The notes: generated by a model from the letters alone, not told the origin. A stretch of DNA of 64,000 nt from Octopus vulgaris (GCA_951406725.2 OX597821.1:88288001-88352000), one strand, 5' to 3'. Numbered from the stretch's first letter, positions 1-13,780 are shown. Program-made: numbers and translations.

Positions 1-66
1 AAGAACAAATACGGGAACTCGCCATTCGGCAATTTTGCCTCTATATATCATATGTATTTACGGTGG

Positions 67-242
67 GCAAAGGATTTAGCAGTACATATGTTTCTGACTT
101 TTATTATACGGTTTATATCAATGCATAATTGATGTAATTTGTATGGCTGAAGAAGGCTATTGACATACAAACTACATCAATTATGCATTGATATAAACCG
201 TCTAATAAAAGCCAGAAACATATGTACCGCTAAATCCTTTGC
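67..242. repeat. Long inverted repeat (79-bp arms, 18-nt loop)
   Basis: 67-145 is the reverse complement of 164-242 with 4 mismatches; the loop contains CTGAAGAAGGC. Confidence 0.9.
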
Positions 243-350
243 ATCATGTTTTTATTTTGATAAATATACTCTATCACCTACACAACTAAATGGCATATAC
301 AGGTGCTTACAATTATCAAGTATTCACCCTGAATATATATATATATATAT

Positions 351-560
351 AGTTACTCCAAACATGAACAAAGAGAAAACACAACAACGCGAGGACGTGG
401 AACAAGTCGAGTGTTATTGGACGCTCAGGAAAGGAAAGAAAAAAGGAGGACTCAACGTTTCGAGCGGAGCTCTTCGTTAGAAAAATAGAAAAAGGAAAAG
501 GAAAGGTCCAAGGAAGGGAAGACGCAGAAAGGAAATCGGTAACGATACACACGCGGCCTC
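351..560 (-). mobile_element. Short PLE-type terminal element (family A) with degenerate hammerhead motif at 451-484
   Basis: Homologous to 17921-18130 and 62790-62978; minus strand reads CTAACGA-A-GAGC-tcc-GCTC-GAAAC-GTT; abuts (TA)n. Confidence 0.6.
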
Positions 561-729
561 CCTTCCGATACGACATATGTACGTTCAGTTTTTGTTGAAC
601 GACCCCCACAAATGATTTGTTTCTGGTAATGAAATGTTTAGTGCTGTGCTTTAATTCACACCCTCTATCAAATCCTCGTTGCCTGAACAGCAGCACGATC
701 TACCGCATTGTCAAGTGTCGGAGTAGTTG

Positions 730-850
730 CAGAGAAACTTAAGATAAAGCATTTTGCTCAAGAGTACGACGCACTATTAGTTCAGAAACTGAAACCACGA
801 GCTCGCAATTATGAGTTGGGCAACCTAACCACTAGGCCATGTGTCGCCTT
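730..850 (-). mobile_element. Old tRNA-derived SINE head
   Basis: Minus strand begins GGCGACACATGGCCTAGTGGTTAGG (A-box-like), with a degenerate B-box ggtttcagtt. Confidence 0.5.
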
Positions 851-1453
851 ATGTATATTTCAAAGACAGCACTTTTATGATGTAAAAACACCGTGTAAAC
901 TAAAATCGGTAATAAAATTTCTGTGCGGCCCTGTACTAAATAATTCATGGCCCAATGGTTTGGGGATCGCCGTTGTATAGTTGCATTCAAACAGCTACGC
1001 AAATACGCTCACACACTGTCACATAAATCTGGGCACAAGGCACAAAATACTACACATACAGAATTGTAAAATCCTACCTGGTTATGATAATTACCTACCT
1101 AGTGGTTAGTGATAGTTTCGTATCCTCGCTTGGCCTTTTTTCTTTCCCCGTGGAGGATTTATTTATCTAAGTGTTTCTTCCTAAAGATTTGCATAATTGA
1201 TATTTTGTGATATCTTGTGTATTTTCCTTCCCTGAGAACGTTCATCGTTACAATCTTACATCTTATACTGGGTGGCGCGATTGCAAGATTACCGTCTCAG
1301 ACACTCCAGATAAGCTGATATGATTCGGCTCTGGGTTTCCTCTCGAAAGCATTAAATCAATATAAATATGTAGCTACCCACTCCAAGCACACTCACGTGT
1401 ATATTCCTACATACATACATGTATATACACATACATACATACACACACATACA

Positions 1454-1532
<79 letters not shown>

Positions 1533-1550
1533 GTATATATACATACATAT

Positions 1551-1589
<39 letters not shown>

Positions 1590-2175
1590 CATGTGCATTT
1601 ATGTATGTGTCTTTGTATGCATGTATATATGCATGAGTAGATACATTTGCTTTATATGTTTCAAGATTCACACGCAAACGCACACACGCACGCACATGCA
1701 CGCACACGCACACACATAAACACACAGAATCACGCATACAGGTAAGCGTTTATATTACGTTAAATAACTTAGAGAGGATTGAATGAAAAATAACTGTGTA
1801 AACAAATTTAGATTCTATCGGTGTTGATATGGAGTTTTGATTTTATATCATGATATACGCACAAACATACACATACACCCCATCACACACACAACAAACA
1901 CACGCACTCACACATCACTTTGCGTATATTCGAAGACTACTGATGTGAGAGTAGTACAGAGTTTTTTTTTTGCAAAATAACTTATTAGTGTATTAAGGCT
2001 ACGTGGAGAGAACAACCCTAGAACTCATGTATATATACGTATATATATGTAGAAATATAACAAGATTAAATAATAGTTTTATTGTTTTTTTTTAAAAACA
2101 ACAACAATTATTTACGGGTAGATTTCGGCATGTAAATATAACCATTAACGGCTGGAACTTTTTTAAAAATTCAAT

Positions 2176-2224
<49 letters not shown>

Positions 2225-2226
2225 TG

Positions 2227-3399
2227 CGTGATCTGATCAATAAGTATCCGGACTGTTGCCATAGTAACGATGCTAAAGCTCGCAGAGTAAAGCCGCTTGC
2301 CATAGATTGACCTTCAAATCTGCTGTGCATGAGCACTAATTTTTAAGGGACTAGCTCCCTTCCGATGTTTACAGCAGTTCTTGGAAGGAAGGTGAGTGGC
2401 GTGTGATCGCCGCATTGAATATGACAGAGAAAGATGAGATGAAAATCTGCTTGAAATTGTGCCAAAACCTTGGTGATGCGTGCTCAGAGTCCTACGCAAA
2501 GATTTCAAGAAGCTTTCATCATTCTCGGCACAATCAAGGCGACCTTGAGCAACTGAAATCCGAGTGTGTTTTTGATCAGCTGAATACAGTTTTGGCATAA
2601 ACTAAGCAGACACGTGTTTCATACCCCAATCTTCAGTCGAACCACGCCTAGCTCATAAGGGCCGGTTTCCCGGTTTCCTTGGCGTATAGGTTCCCCACCT
2701 GGACGGGACGCCGGTCCGTCGTAGGTGAGCTGCAAGATGCAGGAGAAAAGAGTTAGAGAAAGTTGTGGCGAAAGAGTCAGTAGAAATTCGCCACTACCTT
2801 CTGCCGGAGCCGCGTGGAGCTTAGGTATTTCGCTCATAATCACAGACATCGCTCGGTCTGAAATTTGAACCTGCGATCCCTCGACCGCAAGTCCGCTGCT
2901 GTAACCAGTAGGCCATCTGCCTCCACTTCAGTGATAATGGACTGGACTAAACCATATCTAATCTACACATCTTCTGATCACTCACGGACGGTGATTCGAC
3001 GATTTTCCCTCACAGCTGCACGCACGTTTGTGCTGTTTTACTCAGTTCTACTGGTTGCGAGTGTTCCTGTACGTTCGTCAATATCAACATTTTGTCGGCC
3101 ATCTTGGAAACGTCTGAATCAATCGTACACTGTGCGGCTCATACACTCCTCTCCATACACTTTCTGCTACTTTGCGTGGGCCTCTGAGCAAGTATCGCCA
3201 TGACAACTTTCTCTGCCATGGTCAATGCGACCATCACACGCTACACATGTTCTTTCTAAGCATTGCTTTAAACAGCAGAAGTGAGCTAGAACGTTAAAAC
3301 TTAGTGCGCATGCACAGCAAAATTCACAGTCAATCTTTGCCAAGCAGCTTTAACTTTACTACTATGCCAACAGGACGGATACTTATTGGTCAGACCCCG
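2227..3399. mobile_element. Mariner-derived element built from two inverted 5' halves, interrupted by a SINE
   Basis: Ends cgtgatctgatcaataagtatccg and cggatacttattggtcagaccccg+TA. The plus strand encodes MTEKDEMKICLKLCQNLGDACSE. The minus strand encodes the decayed mariner HTH/linker (KVYGEECMSR..FRRFQDGR..RRITVRE..IITED..FMPKLYSADQK..FLKS). Confidence 0.85.
2638..2926 (-). mobile_element. tRNA-derived SINE (family 1)
   Basis: tRNA-like head GTGGAGGCAGATGGCC..GGTTCAAAT; target duplication TTCAGT at 2632-2637 and 2927-2932; homologue at 57420-57715. Confidence 0.9.
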
Positions 3400-4471
3400 T
3401 ATATATGTGTGTGTGTGTGATAGTGTGTGTATGTATATATATGTATATAGCTTCTAAGCTGAAGTGAAGACTACATGATTATTGTTTATTTCCGTACCTT
3501 CTTGGAGATTTTAGGTAAAATTATGCTGAAGTGTCCATCTATTTTGATTTTATTTAATTCTATGTAATTATGCCGGTGAGGATTGCTCTGTATTTAAATT
3601 GATGTAATGGTTGCATTGTTCAATTAAATGGAGTCGCTTGAAACGATCGTACTGCATTACCTCTGGATATCCAGTCGCTTATTTTGATTATATATATATT
3701 TATATATATATGTATGTATGTATATATACATATATGTATTAGATAAAATGAACTAACAAAGCCCTGCAAAAGAATTCGGAATGTTAGGTCATCAACCTGG
3801 CCTTTTACGATAGTCTTAAAGCCAGGAACTTTTCAATTTCCCCTCGTGTATTAATGATGCACTTTCTCCAATTTCAAATAAAATAGGTTTTGCTGATTCC
3901 TGCATATATATGTATGCATAAAGCAACGACAGAGATCTATAGCTGCTAGGCATATACGTAAGTGATGCGTGAGTGATACGAATGATCGTTATATTTAACT
4001 CACAAACGTTTGGACGCAAATATTTGCGTTACACTTACACGATATCCATCGATAAGGGTCTATAGAGCTCAATATACACAAGATGCCCTGCGGTGGGAGT
4101 GACCCTAAAAGCATGTGGTTGTATATCAAACGTTGTATGCGTGTGTACTTCTGAGTGTAATGTGTGTTTTTTTTAAATAATGCTATTTTCAAACGGAAAC
4201 TAAAATAAAACTCCGTCTTATATTCTAATTATGCGTACCTCTAAATAGGCAGGCCCCCTATTTATACGTTAATCAAACATACATACACACAAATACCGCT
4301 AACTCTGCTCAAACGCATTTCATATGTGCGACAGTCCCAAGAGTTTTTTTTTTTTTTTTATGTTCTAACTGTTTTTTTGACTCTTTTTTTTTTGAAATTA
4401 TTTTCCTTTTTTCTTCCCTCATTTTTCTGTATGTGTGTGTGTTTGGGTTTATATATATATGTGTGTGTGTG

Positions 4472-4584
<113 letters not shown>

Positions 4585-4690
4585 TATGTATGTGTGTAAA
4601 TACAAACATACATAGACACACATGCACACACACACATATATATACCTATGTGCGGGTGAATGCATATGTATATGTATATATATGTATATA

Positions 4691-4769
<79 letters not shown>

Positions 4770-4890
4770 TTTACATATTTACGTATACGCATATATGGGT
4801 ACGTATATGAGCTCCTGGGTGCGCATTCAAGTTTCTTTTCACCCCGAGACAATAAATACGTAAATGTATTCATTCACTCATATATAAATA

Positions 4891-4962
<72 letters not shown>

Positions 4963-5386
4963 ACTCTTTGTGTATGTGTGTGTGTGGGGGGTGGGGTGGA
5001 ATGTGTTACAGGTCATTGTGTTACTCTAATTTTTGTCGTCTTAAATTAGAAATATATTTTCCCATAAACCACTGCCACACCTTACGACTCAACTATATTC
5101 GCGGTCCTGTGCACTTTTATGAAAGCCATTACTATACAGTCTTTGAAAATTGTTTCATGTTTAAAAGCATACTTTTTGTGTAAGTGGACGAAATTCGGTG
5201 CCTATAAGTTCTTGTAGAATCACCAAAATTCGTGGAAAGGAGGAAATTATCTGAGATTGATGAGCTGTGTTGGTTCTTTAACTTCGAAACCCTACAATGA
5301 TGAGTTCGTATATCAACACATGATAATGCTATCTCTTGTCCATGTATGTACTTCTCAGGACCTCTATCATTTAGTGTCACTAAAGT

Positions 5387-5772
5387 GGTGGAAGCACTCC
5401 GTCGGTTACGACGATGAGGGTTCCGGTTGATCCGAATCAACGGAACAGCCTGCTCGTGAAATTAACGTGTAAGTGGCTGAGCACTACACAGACACGTGTA
5501 CCCTTAACGTAGTTCTCGAGGATATTCAGCGTGACACATAGAGTGACAAGGCCGGCCCTTTGAAATGCAGGTACAACAGAAACAGGAAGTAAGAGTGAGA
5601 GAAAGTTGTGGTGAAAAAGTACAGCAGGGATCACCACCATCCCTGCCGGAGCCTCGTGGAGCTTTTTAGGTGTTTTCGCTCAATAAACATTCACAACGCC
5701 CGGTCTGGGAATCCAAACCGCGATCCTACGACCGCGAGTCCGCTGCTCTAACCATTGGGCCATTGCGCCTCC
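5387..5772 (-). mobile_element. tRNA-derived SINE (family 2), full length
   Basis: tRNA-like head; 12-bp target duplication TTAGTGTCACTA at 5371-5382 and 5773-5784; near-identical to 6661-7046. Confidence 0.92.
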
Positions 5773-6660
5773 TTAGTGTCACTACAGTTGTCTCTGCTCG
5801 TAATGTCTAGTAGATCTCAGTCCACGTCAGCGCAGAACCACGTAACTAATTTACCTCTCCTTTCGTCGTTCATATTGTGTCGCACCCTTAAGCTTCCTTA
5901 TAAGTACCTACCATTACAGTCTTTTTTCAACCGCCAGAAAATTTTTTCCTTGTTCTAAGCTGTTGATATTATTCTGCAGGTCATGCCTCGATGAGCAGAA
6001 CTACGAACAAATGCATTCCTCTAAGTGGCTTCCTGTCTTTTTCCTATGCGCAAGGAACACAGCAGCATTTTATCCAATGTGTTCAATTTTAGGTTGATTA
6101 TTTAATGGAGATTTAGCTGTTATTTCTAACAGATCGAGCAACAAGGAGAATGTTTCTTCCTTGGCTTGTAATAGGTGTAGCAGTAGCTGTAGTAATATTT
6201 AGGATGGAGATAGTTAATCCGGTGTTAGTGATAATGCTGGGAGGAGCTGTAGTATGTGAAAGTGTTACAGTTGATATGTGTATAATACAAAGTGGGTGAG
6301 TTATAGTGTATCTTTGAAATGGTGTAGATAACTAAATTGTATGTATACTCAAATTATATAAGGAGTGTAATTAACCTTATAGTGGTGGATTGCGGTGCCA
6401 GAATGTAGCTCTACTGCAATGAAGTGGAGAGTATTATAATTAAAACTGGATATGGGTTGAGTGATGATGATGCTTTTTGAGTTTGTTGCTTATTATTGAA
6501 ACAATGATAATAATAAACTTGTTAGTGCTGGTTGTATTGTTATTGTTAGTTGTGAATACAGAGCTGGAGGTCGTGGTGATTTTAAACACATACTCACATG
6601 AAAACATGCAAACACTCACGCATATATATGCATACACATCTACCTACACGTACATACACA

Positions 6661-7046
6661 TGGAAGCACTCCGTCGGTTACGACGATGAGGGTTCTGGTT
6701 GATCCGAATCAACGGAACAGCCTGCTCGTGAAATTAACGTGTAAGTGGCTGAGCACTCCGCAGACACGTGCACCCTTAACGTAGTTCTCGGGGATATTCA
6801 GCGTGACACAGAGATTGACAAAGCCGGCCCTTTGAAATACAGGTACAACAGAAACAGGAAGTAAGAGTGAGAGAAAGTTGTGGTGAAAGAGTACAGCAGG
6901 GATCACCACCATCCCCTGCCGGTGCCTCGTGGAGCTTTTTAGGTGTTTTCGCTCAATAAACACTCACAACGCCCGGTCTGGGAATCGAAACCGCGATACT
7001 ATGACCGCGAGTCCGCTGCCCTAACCACTAGGCCATTGCGCCTCCA
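6661..7046 (-). mobile_element. tRNA-derived SINE (family 2), full length
   Basis: Head GGAGGCGCAATGGCCTAGTGGTTAGGGCAGCGGACTCGCGG..GGTTTCGATTCCC; flanked by ACATACACA. Confidence 0.92.
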
Positions 7047-7468
7047 CACATACACATACACATATACACACCAATTATAACGACCGTGTGCACGTTCACG
7101 TTTTCACTTAATTTTTTTTTTTTTTGATTATGCATTTCTGACGCATAGAATAGCTCGCATCTCAAAGTATTTCAATTATCTCCTGTCATATAGTTACTCA
7201 ATATTTCATCGTATTCACCATTTTCGTGTTCTAGCATTCACTCCTGCACTAAGAGCCGTGGACATATTGCTTATCAGTTAGATGACTTCATGTAGCCAAA
7301 CGTTTTACTGATCCTGTCTGAATACAATCGGCATACATCTATATGAAACTGAAGTAGCCCTTCTATATCATATATACTACATTAAGGATCAAATGTGCAG
7401 ACTGCATGCATACACACAAATATATATGTATGTATATATGTCTACATACATATATATATGTATATATA

Positions 7469-7549
<81 letters not shown>

Positions 7550-7558
7550 TTATATATA

Positions 7559-7637
<79 letters not shown>

Positions 7638-8187
7638 CTTAAACACACACATATGCATAAAAAAAGCACTTAACCTTACAAGATATCCTCTGTCAAGTCA
7701 AGTGTAATTGAGAATTATCACCACATCAATCATAGAAGATATCCTCAATATGGCGTTCATATCATGGTGATATCTTCTGTCAAATCAGTTCTTTGATATC
7801 CTATTTGTCACACCAGTTACATGTGGCATCTCGGTAAATCAATTATGCACTCTATCTTTTTTTTTTTCGAAAACATATAGGATATCATGAAATTTTAATC
7901 AACGACCTAATATCCACTGTCACACTTTCCCTGTGATATCCTCGCCTTACACCACACGAACATAATCCATTTTAAAAGCTTCATTGACGCGATGTAATAA
8001 CTACTTGGCCAAACGACCTAGAAATAAACGACTCAATGTCGATAATAATTCTTATAAACAATGAAACGTAGGAAATATCTAATTGTTCATAGTCCTCTGG
8101 TAACCATAGCAGCACTTAATTGTTCCATCACAAACACTCCATTTCTGTCTGCCTATCATTCAATCCACACATCGATCGAATGATTTT

Positions 8188-8274
<87 letters not shown>

Positions 8275-8324
8275 GTCTGTCTATCTATCTATCTATCTCA
8301 TTTGTTTACTGTCCACAAGGGTTT

Positions 8325-8521
8325 AAACATACATGGGAGAAAGAAGGACAGACAAAGGGATTACATCGACCCCAATGCTTAAATGGTACTTATTTAATCG
8401 ACCCCGAAGAGATGAAAGGCGAAGTCGACCTCGGAGGAATTTGAACACAGAACGTAGCGGCCGAAGAATTACCGCTAAGCATTTCGTCCGGTGTGCTAAC
8501 GTTTCTGCCATCTCACCGCCT
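8325..8521 (-). mobile_element. tRNA-derived SINE (family 4)
   Basis: Reverse complement of the GGCGG..GGCAGAAACGTTAGCAC..GTTCAAATTCC..GAGGTCGAC unit seen at 12288. Confidence 0.85.
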
Positions 8522-8545
8522 TTCTTTCTTTCATTTTTTCTTTTT

Positions 8546-8634
<89 letters not shown>

Positions 8635-9473
8635 TTTATTTTATTTTTTTTTCTTCCCTTTTACGATCCCTCTTGATCGACAACCTACGCCACCCCTTTT
8701 TTTGTTTCTTTTGTTTTTTGTTTTTTTCATCCCCCAAAAGAAAAGCTCTACCTTGTAACTTGTCCCATCTGTGTGCAGCCCTGTGTGGCCAATAAAGAAA
8801 CTTATCTATGTATGTATGTATGTATGTATGTATCTATCTATCTATCTACCTATCTGTTTGCTCAGCTGTCTGTCTATATATCTATCTATTTGTCAGTCTC
8901 TCCATCTATACATACACCATTTATCTTCCCATCCCATCCCTCTTTAATTCTTCCACTTATGATCTGTGTCTGTTGGCATATACCTAGTCCATCTTGTAAG
9001 GTTGAATACGTATGTGTGTGAAAGTGTGAGTGTATTTGTGTATGTGTGCTTGTGTGTGTGTGTGTGTGAATTTGTATGCGCGTGCATCGATAGATATCTG
9101 CAAGAGACAGCCATGACAGAACTCAGTAATGAAAGAAAATAGATAAATAAATACATAAATACATAAATACAGCATGGCTTTTAAATGTATTCGAAGTGCA
9201 ACAAATTCAAGATATCGAAGATTTGTGTCATTCCATCTGTTCCAAATATCTCGCTCAAATCCTCTTTGCTGATCGTCAAATGAGGACACATCTAATAATT
9301 TAGACCTAGTTAACAACTAGCATTCATGATGGTCAGGAGCAGGTAAAGTTTTTCTCATAGGTTAGAAGCCTATCTAAACGATAGTAGCAATAAAAATAGC
9401 AACAAAATAGCAACGGAGAAATAGCAGCCAAATGCATTCAAATCACGTCCTAACGTATTCTAAGTACCCCATA

Positions 9474-9665
9474 TGTTAGTTAGTTAATTTTTTGGCTCAA
9501 AAAGCAAAAAGCAAGGCCATGTAGGGGGACATGGAGTTAAGCAAAGGGTGGTGTTCATGTAAAGAGTTCAGGCCACTTGTGGTCAAGGGAGACTTTGAAC
9601 CGAGCGGTCGTCGGCATCTTCACCATCTCGTCCGGCAGCTTATTCCACAGATCCGCAACCCGGGA
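9474..9665 (-). mobile_element. CR1/L2-type LINE 3' end
   Basis: Minus frame RVADLWNKLPDEMVKMPTTARFKVSLDHKWPELFT* matches the WNxLP C-terminal motif of CR1-type ORF2; short (TAAC)n tail. Confidence 0.75.
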
Positions 9666-9992
9666 GGAGGGGGTGCTGAAAACTTCTTGGTTTTAAGGGT
9701 CTCGCGAAAGGCCAAGTCCGAGGCCCAACCTTCCGAGTTGTTTTACAGGTCTTAGAAAAACTGAAAGGTTTAGAAATACTGCAATAAGTGTGTGAATCTG
9801 AGAGGGAAATATGAGGAATTAAATCATAATTCACTGATATTCTGGTAAATTTATTTTACTCAAAGCCAGGAAGTTTTCAGCAAAGCAATTTTTATTTTAT
9901 TTTCATGTTATTTTATTTTTATTTTACCCAAAGTCAGGAACTTCGTATATAGCAGTAAAAAGGGTTTCTCACGGCGATGGCAGCAATGAAAA

Positions 9993-10018
9993 CATCATCA
10001 TCATCGTCATCATCATCG

Positions 10019-10053
<35 letters not shown>

Positions 10054-10156
10054 GTCATCATCATCATCATCGTCATCATCATCGTCATCATCATCATCAT
10101 CGTCATCATCATCATCATCATCATCATCATCGTCATCATCATCATCATCATCATCG

Positions 10157-10197
<41 letters not shown>

Positions 10198-10202
10198 GTC
10201 AC

Positions 10203-10245
<43 letters not shown>

Positions 10246-10246
10246 G

Positions 10247-10309
<63 letters not shown>

Positions 10310-10587
10310 ACAACAACATCAACAACAACATGAATAACAACAACAACATCAACAACGACGACGATGATGACCACAACAGCCACATCACCAGACAGCTATG
10401 CGTTTGACTGAACTGCTAGAAAATGTAGCCTAATCTTCCTCAGATGATATTTCACTAATGTTTAACATTTCGGACAAGCTGAATAATATAATTACTCTAG
10501 ATAAATAAGTTGTGGGGGGGTGACTGTCACGGCTGGAATGCCTCACAAAAAAGAAACCTGCTGAAGTGAAGACTGAACAGGGTCTGA

Positions 10588-10641
<54 letters not shown>

Positions 10642-10771
10642 GCTGCTATTGCTGGTGCTGGTGCTGTTGCTCTTGCTGCTGCTGCTTCTGCTAATGGTGC
10701 AACCGTCACCACCAACACCACCACCACCTCCACTACCACCACCACCTCTACAACTACTACTATTACTTCTG

Positions 10772-10816
<45 letters not shown>

Positions 10817-10834
10817 TTACGTCTACTACTACTA

Positions 10835-10870
<36 letters not shown>

Positions 10871-10938
10871 TTGATGCTGCTTCTGCTAGTTGTGCAACCG
10901 TCACCACCACCACCACCACCACCACCACCACCACCACC

Positions 10939-10999
<61 letters not shown>

Positions 11000-11241
11000 T
11001 TGCTGCTACAAACACCACCACAGCCCCCGCCACTACTACTACTACTAACATTTATCTCTTGTTACATTGCATTTCATCACAGTTTCATCTAATTTACAGG
11101 GGCGAGCCCATTGCTTTGTTATCTGATTCGCTGTAATTTTATCGTTGTTTGATATCGGTCAAGCAAGAATAAGACAGACGGCGTGAGGGGGGGGCTGTGA
11201 CTGGAAGGTGGTCAGTAGATAGGTTGACGAAGAGAAGAGAT

Positions 11242-11273
<32 letters not shown>

Positions 11274-12075
11274 AAGATAGGGAGAGAGGGGGGGGAGAGA
11301 AAGGGCAGGGGCTCAGAAAGTTTGCGGTTGATTATATTGATAGAGGCAAAGACCACTACAGATCGATCCCCTCTCTCCCTTACCAACCGCGTCTGTGGAT
11401 CTTTGGGTCAGCATCTGGAATTCGTAAAGGTCAATAAGAAATGGCAGTATCAAAGATATGATGGTGGTGATGTGGTGGGAGTGGTGGTGTTGATGGTGGT
11501 GGTGGTGATATTGGAGGGGGTACTGGTGATGGTGGTGGTGGTGGTGGTTGTGATAATGGTGGTGCTGTTGGCGGCGGTGGTGGTGGTGCTGGTGGTCGTC
11601 GTGGTGGTGGTGATGGTGGTGGCGGCGATGGTGGAGGTGATGGTGATGGTGGTGGCAGTGACGATGGTGGTGACGATGATGATGATGTTGATGGTCGCTG
11701 TGGTTGTGATAATGGTGGTAGTCGTGATGATGATGGTGATGGCAGTGATGGTGGTCGAGATGGTGTTGGCGGTGATGATAGTCGTGTTGGTGATGGTGAT
11801 GGCAGTGATGATGGTGGCGGCGATGGTGATGGTCATGGTGATGGTCATGGTGGTGATGGTGGAGGTGATGACGATGATAGTGTTGGTGGCGGCGATGGTG
11901 ATGATGGTGATTGTGGCGGTGATAGTGGTGATGGTCATCCTGGTGGTGATGGTGATGACGGTGGAGGTGATGGTGGTGGGAGTGATTGTAGTGGTGGTGT
12001 TGGTGATGTTGGTCGTGGTGGAAATGGTGATGGTGATAACGATATGCTGGCGGTGCTCGTGGTGGTATTAGTGGT
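9993..12075. repeat. Compound trinucleotide microsatellite block: (CAT)n, (ACT/GCT/ACC)n, (GGT/GAT)n
   Basis: Seen directly; it produces the poly-D/S/M/V/L/H ORFs in the track. Confidence 0.95.
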
Positions 12076-12287
12076 ACAAGCAATTACGAATTGTTATTAT
12101 GGTAGGGATCGTGTTGAGAGTCGCAATGGTGATTGCTATGAGACACTGATGGAGTTAGTACCAATGATTGTAGAAGTAGGATTGAAGAGGGTGGCGTTGG
12201 CTGTAGTGGTGTCGGGGAAAGTAGCGCTAAATGCTGCTGTGATGTTGCTGATAATAAGTCTAGTGTTAACACTGGCGATGGCAGAAA

Positions 12288-13148
12288 GGCGTCGAGCTGG
12301 CAGAAACGTTAAGCACGCCGGGCGAAATGCGTAGCCGTATTTCGTCTGCCGTTATGTTCTGAGCTCAAATTCCGCCGAGGTCGACTTCGCCTTTCACCCT
12401 TTCGGGGTCGATTAAATAAGTACCAGTTACGCACTTAATCCGCACGTAATCGACTTAATCCGTTTGTCTGTCCTTGTTTGTCCTCTCTGTGCTTAGCTCC
12501 TTGCGGGTAGTACGTATGTCTGAGTTCAAATTCCGCCGAGGTCGACTTTGCCTTTCATCCTTTCGGGGTCGATTAAATAAGTACCAGTTACGCACTGGGG
12601 TCGATATAATCGACTTAATCCGTTTGTCTGTCCTTGTTTGTCCCGTCTGTGCTTAGATCCTTGTGGGTAGTAAAGAAATAGGTTTTTCGTCTGCTGTTAC
12701 GTTCTGAGTTCAAATTCCGCCAAGATTGACTTTGCCTTTCATCCTTTCGGAGTCGATTAAATAAGTACCAGTTACGCACTGGGGTCGATATAATCGACTT
12801 AATCCGTTTGTCTGTCCTTGCTCGTCCTCTCTGTGTTTAGTCCTTAGTGGGTAGTAAAGAAATAAGTATTCCGTCTGTCTTTATGCTCTGAGTTCAAATT
12901 TCGCCCACGTTGACTTTGACTTTCATCCTTTCGCAGTCGATTAAATAAGTACCAGTTACACACTGGGGTCGATATAATCGACTTAATCCCTTTGTCTGTC
13001 CTTGTTTGTCCTCTCTGTTTTTAGCCCTTTCTGGGTAGTAAAGAAATACGTATTCCGTCTGTCTTTATGCTCTGAGTTCAAATTTCGCCCAGGTCGACTT
13101 TGACTTTCATCTTTCGGGGTCGATAAAATAAGTACCAGTTGAGCACTA
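12288..13148 (+). repeat. Tandem array of SINE family 4 body, 184-bp period, about 5 units
   Basis: GAG(T/C)TCAAATT anchors at 12361, 12522, 12706, 12890 and 13074; only unit 1 has the tRNA-like 5' head. Confidence 0.92.
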
Positions 13149-13239
13149 GTAGTGGTGGTAGTGGTGGCGCGGCAGCGATGGTGGTGGCGGTGGTAGTGAC
13201 GGTTGCAACAGTAGCAGAAGCAGGTGGTGATCGTGGTGG

Positions 13240-13635
13240 CCGCATTTTGTCTGTCCTTATGTTCTTAGATCGAATTCCGCTGCGGTCGACATTGCCTTTC
13301 ATCTTGTCGGAGTCGATAAAATAAGCACCAGTTGAACACTGGAGTCGATGTAATCGACCAGCCCCAAAAGTACTAGCTTTGTTCCAAAATTTGAAACCAA
13401 TATTGGCGATGACTAATAGGCGGCTGGCTGGCAGAGTCGTTAGCACGCGTGGTCAAATACTTAGCAATATTTCGTCTGTCTTTACTTTCTGAGTTCAAAT
13501 TCTTTTGAGGTTGTCACTGTCTTTCACCATTTCAGGGTGAATGAAATACGTACCAGTTAAGCATTCGAGTTGATGTAATCGAATACCCCACCTCCAAAAT
13601 TGCTGGCCTTGTGCCAAAATTTGAAACCAATATCA
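13240..13635 (+). mobile_element. Two further diverged SINE family 4 copies
   Basis: GTCGAC..CTTTCATC..GTCGATAAAATAAG..CCAGTTGA..GTCGATGTAATCGAC..CCAAAATTTGAAACCAATA motifs. Confidence 0.8.
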
Positions 13636-13780
13636 GTAACGGTAGAACTAATGTCGCTGTTTAACACTAGGTCTGATATCATCAAGTAGCCTTACCCATA
13701 AAATGTGTTCAAGCGTCGAAATCTTTGCGTATGTATATCAGGTTCTACATTGCCCATTGTTATTTACTTTATTTAAAATA

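Noticed and set aside
6970-7046. tRNA genes (this and other SINE heads)
   Set aside because: The tRNA-like segments continue into SINE bodies with target duplications and lack a proper acceptor stem.
9934-12083. Poly-D, poly-H, poly-V and poly-M ORFs as biomineral or His-rich structural proteins
   Set aside because: Trinucleotide tracts open in most frames, with no signal peptide or unique domain.
12288-13148. CRISPR-like array
   Set aside because: The units are homologous along their whole length with no unique spacers, are SINE-derived, and have no cas genes nearby.
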